A stretch of 64,000 bases of DNA from a virus: the IMG/VR virus record IMGVR_UViG_3300036766_002281, positions 1-64,000 of that record. One strand, given 5' to 3'. The first letter of the stretch is position 1. Each line of letters starts with the position of its first letter. The notes under the pieces are model-generated. The model was not told the DNA's origin. It saw only the letters and a list, made by a program, of their open reading frames with translations, and searched no databases. Below are positions 9,532 to 19,719 of the stretch, piece by piece. A program made the translations under genes and the position numbers.

Positions 9532-9765
9532 ATGAGGTGTCCAAAATGTGGTGGAAGACTAGAAATCAATAAATGGGTTTTAGAAGAATGGAATCCAGGA
9601 GAGAATTACGAAGAAGTTTATCATAGATGCATCAACTGCGGTAAGTATTACAGCTCAGGAATTTATTGCAACAAGATGTTTCCACCGGAAGTCAAAGAAC
9701 GAAGTGGGAGAGGAGTTATTACTGTAGTGGGGGACGCAGATGAGTGGAATGAATTCGATTTGTGA
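9532..9765 (+). CDS. Small Zn-ribbon protein
   Basis: MRCPKCGG...RCINCG. Confidence 0.6.
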   Translation: MRCPKCGGRLEINKWVLEEWNPGENYEEVYHRCINCGKYYSSGIYCNKMFPPEVKERSGRGVITVVGDADEWNEFDL

Positions 9766-9914
9766 CGGTATTATTTGCACTAATTGTGGACGTTCCGATA
9801 TAGATATTGGAAGTTGTGAACCAGAAGAATGTGCCACAAACAATCATTATCACATTATTTGTTTAAACTGTGGTTTTGATTGGATAACTTTGGTAATGTA
9901 ACGTAGCGTAGAAG

Positions 9915-10190
9915 ATGGTCGAAGGTAAGATGGAACTATGGGAACAAAACGTTGCACAATTACGAAAGGATTTGGATCAAACTGGAGAATGGAGAGCTGT
10001 TGAAGTTGATTTCACCAGGTTTCCATGCTTAGATTGTTTAAAAAATCCTATTTCCCAGATTTACATTTGTAATCGTGTTAATAGACCCAGACGAGTTTGT
10101 GATCTTTGTTTTAAAGTAGCTTATAGAGAAGGCAGAATAGTAAAAGAAGTAGGAGAATTCGATGTGGTTCTTTCTACGCCAGAAAGCTGA
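9915..10190 (+). CDS. Small Cys-rich protein
   Basis: CLDC and CDLC pairs. Confidence 0.55.
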   Translation: MVEGKMELWEQNVAQLRKDLDQTGEWRAVEVDFTRFPCLDCLKNPISQIYICNRVNRPRRVCDLCFKVAYREGRIVKEVGEFDVVLSTPES

Positions 10191-10231
10191 AAGATTTAAA
10201 GAACAAGAACAAGAACAGAAACAGAGTCAAA

Positions 10232-10501
10232 ATGGAAGTTAGCCTTTTATCATTAGATCCTCGTTGGATTGAACATGACGAACACTATATTGGAATAGCA
10301 TTTACTTGCCCATTTGAAAAATGTCCTAGTGTTGCAGGAGATAAACATACAATCGGAGCCTATTGGGCTTATCCAGGTAAAAATAATTGGAAAAAGACTG
10401 GTGAGACGTTTGAGAACTTAACTCTTGAACCATCAATCGATGGTAGTCCAATGGGATGTTCCTTTCATGGACATATAATCAATGGAAAGGTGGTTTATTG
10501 A
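10232..10501 (+). CDS. Small Cys/His protein of unknown function
   Basis: FTCP...LTLEPSI...CSFHGHIING pattern. Confidence 0.6.
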   Translation: MEVSLLSLDPRWIEHDEHYIGIAFTCPFEKCPSVAGDKHTIGAYWAYPGKNNWKKTGETFENLTLEPSIDGSPMGCSFHGHIINGKVVY

Positions 10502-10848
10502 TGGAGGAAGAAAAACCTAAGAAAGTAACTTTGTCTGGTAAGGATCCAGAAGTAAATGATCCATTTCTCGGCGCTCCAGCTCCTATTGATCCTAAAACGG
10601 GAATGCATGGTGATTATTGGATTTTAAGCGATGAAGAACGAGCCAAAGGATATGTTCGTCCAGTTCGTACAAAGTATATTCATAAGACTTGTGGGGTTGA
10701 GACCGTAATGCATATTAAATTTGCTGAAACCTATGCAAGAGACCCAAAGTTTTATGGATCGACGTTTTGTGCTGGATCAAGATGTAGAGCTCATTTTCCG
10801 GTAAGTGAATTTTTGTGGTCGGATACGAAGGAAGAGGTAGGAAGTTAG
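10501..10848 (+). CDS. Hypothetical Cys/His protein (start refined to 10501)
   Basis: YIHKTCG...TYARDPKFYGSTFC...HFPVSEFLW; TGATG translational coupling to upstream gene. Confidence 0.6.
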   Translation: MEEEKPKKVTLSGKDPEVNDPFLGAPAPIDPKTGMHGDYWILSDEERAKGYVRPVRTKYIHKTCGVETVMHIKFAETYARDPKFYGSTFCAGSRCRAHFPVSEFLWSDTKEEVGS

Positions 10849-10937
10849 CTCAGGGGTAGTTCACATAAATCAAAACGCAAACGTAGGCAAACGAATAACC
10901 AGAAAATAGTAAACTTGAATGGAAAGGAAGAAATCAA

Positions 10938-11414
10938 ATGGAAGTAATATATGCTCCTACTAAGTACGATTATGATTTTAATAAGAAGTATGTTTTCATA
11001 GCTGGTTCTATCGAAATGGGAACGGCAGAAGATTGGCAGAGCGAGGTTATTAAACAGTTTGAGCATACTAATTTTGTTATTTTGAATCCTCGTAGATTAG
11101 ATTGGGATTCGAGTTGGGAACAGACGAAGGATAATCCAAAGTTTCGAGAACAAGTAATGTGGGAGTTAGCTAGTCTTGAACGGGCAGACCATATTTTGTT
11201 GTACTTTAGTCCTGGAACTAAATCTCCAATCTCATTACTCGAATTAGGACTATTTCAATTAAGTAGAAAATTGATTGTAGTCTGCCCAGAAGGATTTTGG
11301 AGAAAAGGCAACGTAGATCTTGTCTGCGAACGATATAGTATTGTTCAAGAAGAAACATTAAATGAAGCTGTTAATTTAATAAAAAGGAAAGTGAGGATAA
11401 ACGCAATTGTCTAA
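10938..11414 (+). CDS. Nucleoside 2-deoxyribosyltransferase-like protein
   Basis: VFIAGSI...DWQ, NPRR, QVMWE...AD, SPISLLELG motifs of the NDT-like family. Confidence 0.8.
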   Translation: MEVIYAPTKYDYDFNKKYVFIAGSIEMGTAEDWQSEVIKQFEHTNFVILNPRRLDWDSSWEQTKDNPKFREQVMWELASLERADHILLYFSPGTKSPISLLELGLFQLSRKLIVVCPEGFWRKGNVDLVCERYSIVQEETLNEAVNLIKRKVRINAIV

Positions 11415-11614
11415 CTCTAACTCTAACTCTAATTCTAATCCAAACGAAAACGCACCATCAAACACAAGAAATAGTTTCTTTAACGAGCTATTTAAAGATG
11501 CCAAGACTAAGACGATTCATGATCTTATAGATGAGGCAAGGGGTAGTTCATGACAGTTTCCGGGTAAGATGCCTCAGAAACGTTGACAATTTCAGAATCA
11601 AACGAACGAACGAA

Positions 11615-12070
11615 ATGAGCTATTTTTTCTACCGTCTAAAATATAGTATAAAGAGCTTTTTTCGTAGATGGTATTTTACTGCTGAAAAATGGTATTTGGT
11701 TCGACTCAGGAAAAGAACTCAAACTTGTCCTAGACGATCGGAGCTTGGAGTAGCTAGTCAAGTATTCAAAGATCCAGATTATTGGCGCTTGGACAATACT
11801 TGCTCCTATTGCGGTGGCTTAAATCCTGAACGATTTTTAGAGGAAGTGCGAAATGGGGCAGAAGTAGAACCAACTAACAAAAGTTACAAAGCTTACGTGC
11901 ATGTTAATAAACGTATGTACAAAATCTATTTCCAACATTTCAATGACCCACATAAAAAAGAGTTTGTACGCTTGTATAACGATCACACGATGAAGATAGG
12001 TTATCCAGGATGTTTCTATGCTAAGCCTTATTTTGTTCAGATACGAGGTGGAAAAACTGAAGTTGTTTAA
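11615..12070 (+). CDS. Hypothetical protein (start uncertain, 11531 or 11615)
   Basis: TCSYCGGLNP, KSYKAY and FQHF segments. Confidence 0.55.
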   Translation: MSYFFYRLKYSIKSFFRRWYFTAEKWYLVRLRKRTQTCPRRSELGVASQVFKDPDYWRLDNTCSYCGGLNPERFLEEVRNGAEVEPTNKSYKAYVHVNKRMYKIYFQHFNDPHKKEFVRLYNDHTMKIGYPGCFYAKPYFVQIRGGKTEVV

Positions 12071-12130
12071 ACTGTTCTCTAGTTAAAAGCGGAAAGGAAA
12101 GGAAATTAAAAAGGATTAATCTTAAAATGT

Positions 12131-12141
12131 ATAATATAATG
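12131..12141 (+). promoter_or_regulatory. Possible sigma70 extended -10 promoter
   Basis: Overlapping TATAATATAAT preceded by TG, ~20 nt before the 12159 start. Confidence 0.35.
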
Positions 12142-12158
12142 GGAAGGAAATAGAGAAT

Positions 12159-12353
12159 ATGCCAATTTTTGAATATCAGTGTAATATCTCAGAATGTAAT
12201 CATAAATTTGATCATTTGATTCTTAGTTCTCGTAAACCGGAAGAGGTTATTCCTTGCGAAAAGTGTGGAAAGGAAGCAAGCAGAATTCTTTATAGTGGAT
12301 CAAGCTTTAATTCTCAATTTTTGTGTTGGGATCGCGTCGGAGAAGGATCGTAA
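12159..12353 (+). CDS. FmdB-family zinc-ribbon protein
   Basis: MPIFEYQC...C.HKFD...CEKCG signature. Confidence 0.75.
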   Translation: MPIFEYQCNISECNHKFDHLILSSRKPEEVIPCEKCGKEASRILYSGSSFNSQFLCWDRVGEGS

Positions 12354-12493
12354 AAGATCGTTAAAGATCGTTACACTGAACGAGTTAAGGTTGTAGTACT
12401 GAATCGTTAACAATTTGAGATCCTTTACGTTTAAACACGAAATCAGTATAACGGTAGTGAAAGATCTTAAAAAAGAAACTAAGGGAGACATAA

Positions 12494-14161
12494 ATGTACG
12501 CAGGAAAAAGAGCAAATAGAGAGAATACGGGAGCAGATACTCTATCAGATGGCTTTGTAAAGAGTATGGGAGCAAAGCTCAATTCTAAAAAGAAAGGCAA
12601 TAAGGTAGTAACTTCTAAGCAAAAGAAGCCTATTACAATTAAGATTAGTTATCTGTCGGAACTTAGCAAAAAGGGTTTTGAGAGTTGTGGAACTGGAATC
12701 TACAAAGATGCTAAGCATCATTTGTGGACAGTAGAACGTTCTGCAGATGGTTATACTCTATCAAGAAACGCTGATGAAGATGGTACAGCAGATTCTTCAG
12801 AAACGAAAAAAGAAGGTTCTGAAGAGAAAGAAGCAGATCTTACCTCTTTAATGCAGGAATATGATGAATGGGTAGAAGAAGGTGGCTATCCTGTTGGAGG
12901 TAGTGCTAGTTCAATTCTTAATCAGTTCAGGAAGGAAAAGAACCTATCAAACGAGCAGTTCGAGCAAATGCACAAGGAGTTGAAGTTTGGAAGGAGAGAT
13001 CTAAAACAAGCAGATCAAAAACAAGGTCTAATTCAAGCAATTATTGATGCTATGTTTGAGATAGATAAGACAGATGACGAGGAGTTGGCTCATCAAGCAA
13101 TTAAAATTTTCTGGGAGTTTGGAGTATCAAGTGTTGCTCCAGATCTTGTTGATGAACTCATGGGTGAACTTGAAGAATTAAATTCAGCATCACTGGAAGA
13201 ACTACTTACGAAACTTGAAACTTTAACAAAGAAAAAAGGATCAAAAACTGCTTTCGATCTTGATAGTAAACCAAGTGTAGAAGAGTTAGAAGAAGCAGAA
13301 TCAAATGAGCGTCAAACTCAGATTGGAGAACCATACGAAGAAAAGGATGTAACTGAGTTTTATGACGAGGCAGAAGATAGAGAGGTTATGGAAGGGCCAC
13401 AGACAAAGCCTTACAAGCTAGAAGAGAATGAGACTCCGGCTGAGAAAAAGATATCAGCTATAATCAAAGTTTTTACTAGTTCTGGAAAAGTAAAAGGTTA
13501 TAAAATTGCCTTCGTTGCAACTGATGATACTTACATAGACAAAGGACGTTTAGGAGGGTACATACTCCTAAACGATAAAACAAAACTTCCAGGATATTTT
13601 GAATATAATGAAGAAACAGGTCTGGGTTGGGATTTCGAAAATAATGAGCAGGTAACTGCTGTACTTGATCAACTTTATGATGCTAATGATAATTTTTCGT
13701 TTGGTATTGCATCGTATATTCTTAAAAATACTGACAGAGGTGGAAGTACAAAGATTTCGTACTCAATTTCAGATGTTTTACGCTTAGACAGTTTAAAAAA
13801 GTTTGCTATCAGTAAGACTAGAAAGAAATTAAGGGGGACATCAGTGATAGACGCAGACGCAGACGCAGACGCAGACGAATTAGATGAAGTAGGAAAATGG
13901 TGGGACATGACCTCTGACGACGAACATTCCGAAATTCTTCAAAGTATTGGATATGGAAAAGAAATTATAAGTAAGTATAATTCCCTTACCTGGGAAGATC
14001 AATTATGGGATGTCAAAGAAAGGCTTGAAGATTACTATGACAAACGAGTACGAGTACGAACACGAAGTGAGAATGAGAATGAGAATGAGAATGAGAATGA
14101 GAAAGCCAAAGCCAAAACTAAAGTCAGCAGACCAACAACAATATCATCAAAACCTTTTTAA
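12494..14161 (+). CDS. Acidic multi-segment protein (possible N-terminal part of a frameshifted polyprotein)
   Basis: SD AAGGGAG; very E/D-rich; KEA, KQA and KTA linkers. Confidence 0.7.
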   Translation: MYAGKRANRENTGADTLSDGFVKSMGAKLNSKKKGNKVVTSKQKKPITIKISYLSELSKKGFESCGTGIYKDAKHHLWTVERSADGYTLSRNADEDGTADSSETKKEGSEEKEADLTSLMQEYDEWVEEGGYPVGGSASSILNQFRKEKNLSNEQFEQMHKELKFGRRDLKQADQKQGLIQAIIDAMFEIDKTDDEELAHQAIKIFWEFGVSSVAPDLVDELMGELEELNSASLEELLTKLETLTKKKGSKTAFDLDSKPSVEELEEAESNERQTQIGEPYEEKDVTEFYDEAEDREVMEGPQTKPYKLEENETPAEKKISAIIKVFTSSGKVKGYKIAFVATDDTYIDKGRLGGYILLNDKTKLPGYFEYNEETGLGWDFENNEQVTAVLDQLYDANDNFSFGIASYILKNTDRGGSTKISYSISDVLRLDSLKKFAISKTRKKLRGTSVIDADADADADELDEVGKWWDMTSDDEHSEILQSIGYGKEIISKYNSLTWEDQLWDVKERLEDYYDKRVRVRTRSENENENENENEKAKAKTKVSRPTTISSKPF

Positions 14162-16691
14162 TACTGATTACGCTTTAGGAGAAATAAAGGAATCTACGAG
14201 TACGACTACGACTATACCTACCAAATGTCCGTTCTGTAAATCTGAACTTATGACAGTAGACAATGAGCCAGGAAGTACGATTGTAATGTGTAAGGAATGT
14301 GGATATGCAGGTTTAATTCCAGATCATCCTCTGGCACTTGAACGAGGGGCAGAAATGAAAACAGCAGATACAGCAGATAGAGTTTCCGAAGCTCTTAAAC
14401 GAACTTACTACGAATCTAAAACAGTGCAAGGGGTATTTGCAAATTCAGTTGAGTTTGTAGACTGGGTTTACAATCGTTGGGGAGATTGGTTGCATTCAGA
14501 AGAAGAGTTAGAAAGAAAATTTGATGGAGATACCTGGGAATTTATTAAATCAAAGATGCTTAACAAGAAAGACTTTTTAGAAGCATTGTTAGATAATCTT
14601 CCAGAACCACTAGATCCGAATAGAGAAAGTAGTATGAAAACTACTTCAGCTGACGAACATGGAGTAAGAGAACTTTTACTGTATATTGCTCAAGATGATG
14701 AACTTCAGAATAGGATTGTAAACCCACTGAAGGAGAGACTTACACGTAAAATTGAAAAAGGAATATTCGATTTAGATCGTTCTATTTCGGCTTGGCAGAA
14801 CGTAGTTGAGAAATCAACGCATAAGTATATGATGGATTTTGGAGATCCAGGAGAGAAAGTAAGTAATATATTTAATCGATCTACTAGAACTAAGGTGGCT
14901 GAAGAGTTGGCTGAAGCATTTAAAGTAGAATATGACTTGGGTCATGATCGTGAACGTGAACCTGCCGCTATAGTGGAAAAGGAAGGGGCACCAGAAGCAA
15001 GTGATGAAACTCTTTGTTCAAGGTGTCAGCATATGAAGGGAATTCATGATCCAGATGGATGTAGTGGATCAACAGGAGTCGTAGAAGATCCACTAGAATG
15101 TTTTTGTCAAGGGTTTGTAGAGGAAGGAGCATCTAGGACTGCCGCAGATGAATCTATCTTCAATGAGTTAGTAGATAAGATTGAAAACGAAATTAAAAAT
15201 ACGGAGTCAATGAGTTACTTCAATGTAACTCAACCGCTAAAAGAAATTGGAAAGTTATTTGGTAAGGATCGTTTGAATCAAGCTATTGACCAACTTGGTT
15301 TAGAAGATTACGGTATAAGAAAAGTTTCTCACGTATCAGAGTTAGACTCTTGGCTAATTCGTTCTAATTTTACAACAGTCAAACAGGCAGGTGAAGGCGA
15401 GGTTGAAGTAGACCCAAGAACTGGAAAATGGTTTTGGTTTTCTATCGATCCAGCTCAAGAGGGTAAAGAGGGATTTGAGACTGAAGATGAAGCACGAGCA
15501 GATATGGCAAAATTTATGCAACATGTCCATGGAAGTAGAAAGCAAGCTGCTGGTGGGGAAGAAGCTGCTCGGGCAGTCTGGGAGGCACTTGACGACGCAG
15601 GAAGAAAAGAAGAGTTGGAAGCCATTGGAGTTCTAAAACTTGAGACATCAAAAAAGGATTGGATTGCTCTTCCACCAGTTACAAGACAGAGACTTACGGA
15701 GAAGTTGGAAGGAGTTCCCAAACCTGTAGAAGAGGGAAAGCAGTATCAAATCAAAAGACCTGATGGGTTTCACGTTTACACTGTAACGGACATTCGTGGT
15801 AACCTGATAGAGTTCATGGACGAGCAGGAGAAAAAGTTTACCGCCCCGAAGGAGACCATAGAACAAGGACTTGCCAAAGGACAGGTTAAGGAAGCGTATA
15901 TTAACCAGATAGCCGGGGAATTTTGTCCCCAGTGTAAGATTCCTGTACAAATGGTGGGAAGGGAAGATAATCTCCTTATTATGGGTTGTATAGCCTGTAG
16001 CTACAAAACAGCAGAGTACGATAATGAGTTTAAGATCCAATCTGACCTAGCTGACCAAAAGAGTTTACAAAAAGAAGTAAACAAAATTGATATGTTGTTT
16101 ATGCATGATAAGAAGTATGCTACTAATCCTGCGGCACAAAAGTGGTTAAACGACGCAGAAGAATTGTTGGGGCAATGCGAAAAAGCTTATTGGGTTAACG
16201 CTGTAAATGAAGATCCTCAAGGAGTAGCAGAATTAGTTAGAAAAGGTTTGGATATTATAGAACAAATGAAGAGACAGTCAAGAGGTAAAACAGCAGAGTA
16301 CGAGCGAGAGCGAGAGCGAGAGCAAGAATATGCTGTTCTAAATAGCACGTCCAGTGTTTTGACAAAGAATCCAATGGCGAATGAACTGATAGAAGATTGG
16401 GAAAGCCCTCAGCATGGAGAACCTTCGCTTCATTCTTATCTGCTTATTAAAACGAATAAGTATACTACTCCATTTGTTTTAGTAGGGTCAGGAAAAGAAT
16501 ACTCATCAGTAGGAGATCATATTCTATTATGGGATGATGGGAATGGGAGCACTAGATTTCCATTTAGAGATTATAGACCAGGTTATCAAAGACCAGCTGC
16601 ACGAGGAGAAGTTATTGCCACTGCTTACGGAGCAGAAGAAATCAAAACTAACTTTCCTCCCGGTCGATATAAAATGATGGTTATGAAGTAG
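14010..16691 (+). CDS. Acidic multi-segment polyprotein-like protein (start uncertain)
   Basis: 893-codon ORF of short domains, including Zn ribbons, separated by KSA/KTA/RTA/KQA/KEA. Confidence 0.7.
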   Translation: MSKKGLKITMTNEYEYEHEVRMRMRMRMRMRKPKPKLKSADQQQYHQNLFNTDYALGEIKESTSTTTTIPTKCPFCKSELMTVDNEPGSTIVMCKECGYAGLIPDHPLALERGAEMKTADTADRVSEALKRTYYESKTVQGVFANSVEFVDWVYNRWGDWLHSEEELERKFDGDTWEFIKSKMLNKKDFLEALLDNLPEPLDPNRESSMKTTSADEHGVRELLLYIAQDDELQNRIVNPLKERLTRKIEKGIFDLDRSISAWQNVVEKSTHKYMMDFGDPGEKVSNIFNRSTRTKVAEELAEAFKVEYDLGHDREREPAAIVEKEGAPEASDETLCSRCQHMKGIHDPDGCSGSTGVVEDPLECFCQGFVEEGASRTAADESIFNELVDKIENEIKNTESMSYFNVTQPLKEIGKLFGKDRLNQAIDQLGLEDYGIRKVSHVSELDSWLIRSNFTTVKQAGEGEVEVDPRTGKWFWFSIDPAQEGKEGFETEDEARADMAKFMQHVHGSRKQAAGGEEAARAVWEALDDAGRKEELEAIGVLKLETSKKDWIALPPVTRQRLTEKLEGVPKPVEEGKQYQIKRPDGFHVYTVTDIRGNLIEFMDEQEKKFTAPKETIEQGLAKGQVKEAYINQIAGEFCPQCKIPVQMVGREDNLLIMGCIACSYKTAEYDNEFKIQSDLADQKSLQKEVNKIDMLFMHDKKYATNPAAQKWLNDAEELLGQCEKAYWVNAVNEDPQGVAELVRKGLDIIEQMKRQSRGKTAEYEREREREQEYAVLNSTSSVLTKNPMANELIEDWESPQHGEPSLHSYLLIKTNKYTTPFVLVGSGKEYSSVGDHILLWDDGNGSTRFPFRDYRPGYQRPAARGEVIATAYGAEEIKTNFPPGRYKMMVMK

Positions 16692-16697
16692 ACGAGA

Positions 16698-17084
16698 ATG
16701 ATGACCCAGATTTCAGATTCTATTTTTATTGGAAATAGTCAAGATCATAAACGACTTGATGTTCTAAAAACAACTGGTATAACCGCAGTATACAATGTCG
16801 CAGCAGATTTGAATACTGAATGGTGTACTGAAATTGTTTACGTTAAATGTGGTTTATGGGATGGACCTGCTGGCAGTAATAGAATTGAGTTAGCTGTTGA
16901 TCTGCTTGAGAAGTTAGTCGATGGTGGAGAAAGAGTTCTTATTCATTGCCATGAAGGATGCAATCGTAGTCCATATATTGTGGCAAAGTATTTAGCGAAA
17001 AAGAATGGAACTGATTGGAAGAAAGAGTTTGAAGGCATTAAAGTCAAAAGACCACAAGTCTATATTAAAGATTGGATGAGTTAA
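16698..17084 (+). CDS. Dual-specificity (Cys) protein phosphatase
   Basis: IFIGN, GITAVYNV, VLIHCHEGCNRS (CX5R). Confidence 0.85.
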   Translation: MMTQISDSIFIGNSQDHKRLDVLKTTGITAVYNVAADLNTEWCTEIVYVKCGLWDGPAGSNRIELAVDLLEKLVDGGERVLIHCHEGCNRSPYIVAKYLAKKNGTDWKKEFEGIKVKRPQVYIKDWMS

Positions 17085-17125
17085 GTTACGTTAAGTTACG
17101 TTAAGTTACTAAATGGAGTAATCAA

Positions 17126-17695
17126 ATGCGATTAGAAGAATTAAAAAGTAGTGATGATTTTGAGAATGATGATGATTACTATGAGTACATACATGAATGG
17201 GAAACAGCCGACTGGAAAGATATTGAAGGTTTAATGAATGCTATTGATCATGCGCTGGGAGCTCATGGTCTTGAGTTGATTCAAGGTAAAGGTGAAGATG
17301 ATAATTACTACGTTAAAGTGGAACAACTTGGGGAAGGAAAAGACAAAGGAAAACGATCTGAGATCGAAGCTAGTCTTATGACTAAGATGAAGATCTTTCA
17401 ACGGGAAGCCGTAAGATTAAATCGTAATCCAAAATCAGTTAAAGAATTTAAGCTTTGGTTAGAAGCTCAAGAACAGAGACAAGCTATTGGTAAACAGAAA
17501 GGTCCAGACGTTGGGGAAACGATCGAAGTCTATGACTTTAGAACTGACGAGATGCTTCCTGCAGAAGTTACTAGTAAACCAAGTCTCAACCAAGATACTG
17601 GGCTCGAAGAAGTGGATGTGGTCTTCGAGGATGGTATGGAACACTACGCGGTCTGGAATGATGATGAAATGATGTGGGAATCAGGGGAGCTATAG
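17126..17695 (+). CDS. Acidic protein with internal leader-module copy
   Basis: Module at 17375-17467 followed by RQA. Confidence 0.7.
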   Translation: MRLEELKSSDDFENDDDYYEYIHEWETADWKDIEGLMNAIDHALGAHGLELIQGKGEDDNYYVKVEQLGEGKDKGKRSEIEASLMTKMKIFQREAVRLNRNPKSVKEFKLWLEAQEQRQAIGKQKGPDVGETIEVYDFRTDEMLPAEVTSKPSLNQDTGLEEVDVVFEDGMEHYAVWNDDEMMWESGEL

Positions 17696-17699
17696 TTTA

Positions 17700-17885
17700 A
17701 TGATAAACAGCATAAAAGTTTCAGATATAATTGATCGTAGTGATTCTCCAAGAGCAGAGTTAGATAAGCATATCGACAAAATAAACTTATCTGCTGATGA
17801 GAAAGAACGCTTACGAAAACTAATTAGTGACGCATTAGATCAATCCTACCAAGAAGGAATTTGGGCAGGACAGGAATCTAGATAG
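17700..17885 (+). CDS. Hypothetical protein
   Basis: Short ORF filling the gap between neighbours. Confidence 0.55.
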   Translation: MINSIKVSDIIDRSDSPRAELDKHIDKINLSADEKERLRKLISDALDQSYQEGIWAGQESR

Positions 17886-17896
17886 GGAAATGTGAG

Positions 17897-18559
17897 ATGA
17901 AAAAATACGAGCTAACCAACGAGACAACTCAATCTGCTGCTGGAGCTACTTTGTATAGGATCAAATCCTTAATCAAATCATCAGCAGATTTTGGCATTAT
18001 CGATTCCGGAGAACTAGGCGGGTTTGTTGAGAGTGAGGACAATTTAGCACATGATGGTCAATGCTGGATTTCTGATAATGCACAAGTCTCTGGCAACGCA
18101 CGGGTCTTTGGAAGGGCACAGGTCTCTGGAAATGCAAAAGTATTCGGCGACGCGTGGGTGGCTGGCGAAGTACAAGTCTATGACAACGCCCAAGTCTATG
18201 GAAATGCGCGGATCTCTGGGAGTGAGAAAGTTTATGGGGATATGGAAGTCAAAGGAGACGAGAAATCAACCCAGAAGGAGGGTAAAAATATGCTAAACAA
18301 GATCGAAAAGTTTCAACGTCAAGCAAAAGCTCTTGGACGAGATGAGAACTCTGTTGAAGAGTTTAAAATGTGGTTGAAGGCAGAAGAGGGAGATTCACTC
18401 AAGTTTGAAACCACAAGTGATGAAGAAGTCCATAGCAATATAGATGACATCATATCCGATTTGAATGATGTAAAGAGTTTAGGCGGTAGAGACGATATCA
18501 AAGAAAGATTACGTAATATCAAACATACTTTAGATGACATTATTAATTACTACAGATAA
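17897..18559 (+). CDS. Hexapeptide-repeat (beta-helix) protein fused to a leader cassette
   Basis: ELGGFVESEDNL then (N/D)A(Q/R/K)V(S/F/Y)G hexapeptides; internal SD AAGGAGG and ATG at 18290 starting a leader copy. Confidence 0.75.
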   Translation: MKKYELTNETTQSAAGATLYRIKSLIKSSADFGIIDSGELGGFVESEDNLAHDGQCWISDNAQVSGNARVFGRAQVSGNAKVFGDAWVAGEVQVYDNAQVYGNARISGSEKVYGDMEVKGDEKSTQKEGKNMLNKIEKFQRQAKALGRDENSVEEFKMWLKAEEGDSLKFETTSDEEVHSNIDDIISDLNDVKSLGGRDDIKERLRNIKHTLDDIINYYR

Positions 18560-18569
18560 GGGAGATAAC

Positions 18570-18869
18570 ATGCTATCAAAAATCAAAGAATTTCAACGTC
18601 AAGCAAAAGCTCTTGGACGAAATGCCTACAGCATTGAAGAATTCAAACTCTGGCTGGATGCTCAGACCAAAACCGCTGAAAAACCAGTTGAAACAGATCT
18701 AGAACTAGCTGAAGTGGCTTTAGCTAAAGCAACGGCAGCTTATTTGGATGCCCTATTACAAGACTTCGGCAAAGATGTTGTTTTAGATGAGGTAGAAGAA
18801 GCATTGGATGAGCTGACCTCTGAAACTTTTGGTCTTTGGGCAAAAGAAAAGTTTCCTTTAGATATTTAG
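18570..18869 (+). CDS. Leader-module protein with acidic payload
   Basis: GGAGATAAC-ATG; leader then QTKTA. Confidence 0.8.
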   Translation: MLSKIKEFQRQAKALGRNAYSIEEFKLWLDAQTKTAEKPVETDLELAEVALAKATAAYLDALLQDFGKDVVLDEVEEALDELTSETFGLWAKEKFPLDI

Positions 18870-18930
18870 GTGATGTCAGATCTAGAAAACCATCTCAGGA
18901 AGAGGAATAACCCGAACTAGGAGTAAGATT

Positions 18931-19458
18931 ATGTCAAACGTAAACGCAAACGTAAAAGATGTAGCTCATTATGAAGAGTACCAAAAGGAAGTAGAAACAC
19001 ATAAATTTGTTAGCTGGGGTATAGGTATAGGTATAGGATTAGAATTAGATAAACCTTATATTGTGGCTCCTTTAGTTGGCAAACTAGTTTTTTGTGATGA
19101 ACAAGTTGATTTGGATTCTGATTATCCATGGGATAAAAAACTTCTTGCCCCCGATCCAAGAAAAAGCCCTACTTCTCGTAGAGCAGCAATGATGTATAAA
19201 TTTGTTACCTGTGGAAGTAGTGTAAAAAAAGCAAGCGAAGAAATAGTAAAAAATATAAGTATGGTTTTGAATTGTTACCCAGATTTTCAGCTGGTAGTAC
19301 AAATTGCTTTGGCAGAACCTTATGAGCTTAGACGTTCTGTTGATGGGACAAAAACTTCTCGGTCTTTCGAGAAAATCGAAGGGGAATCCTACGTTGAAGA
19401 TTGTGGGTTTGCCTGCGTTGTGCAAGGTTGTATTGTTAAGAATCCTAGATGGGAATAG
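18931..19458 (+). CDS. Hypothetical protein
   Basis: SD AGGAG, 175-aa ORF. Confidence 0.6.
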   Translation: MSNVNANVKDVAHYEEYQKEVETHKFVSWGIGIGIGLELDKPYIVAPLVGKLVFCDEQVDLDSDYPWDKKLLAPDPRKSPTSRRAAMMYKFVTCGSSVKKASEEIVKNISMVLNCYPDFQLVVQIALAEPYELRRSVDGTKTSRSFEKIEGESYVEDCGFACVVQGCIVKNPRWE

Positions 19459-19491
19459 GTAAAAAGGAAATTACTAGACTAGGGAAATAAA

Positions 19492-19719
19492 ATGACACTT
19501 TCTGAGCTAAGGACATTGATTGGTAATAAATATCTTTATACTGATTTCTATACTGATTGGGAAAATAAAGGGTATGGATTTAGTTTTTCTATAATAGAAG
19601 ATTCTAAAAATAAAAAAATTTATACTTTTCCAGGATTGTTTCCTGATTACAAAAGTAGAGATTTGACAGTTAAGTATATGAGACAAGTGTTTGTGCCTGA
19701 TCCTGAGGAAATAATATGA
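19492..19719 (+). CDS. Hypothetical protein
   Basis: ATGA overlap with next gene. Confidence 0.55.
   Translation: MTLSELRTLIGNKYLYTDFYTDWENKGYGFSFSIIEDSKNKKIYTFPGLFPDYKSRDLTVKYMRQVFVPDPEEII

Noticed and set aside
12345-12375. Three AGATCGT(T)AA-like direct repeats as origin iterons
   Set aside because: Only three short imperfect copies, consistent with the general tandem-duplication tendency, and no initiator gene is adjacent.
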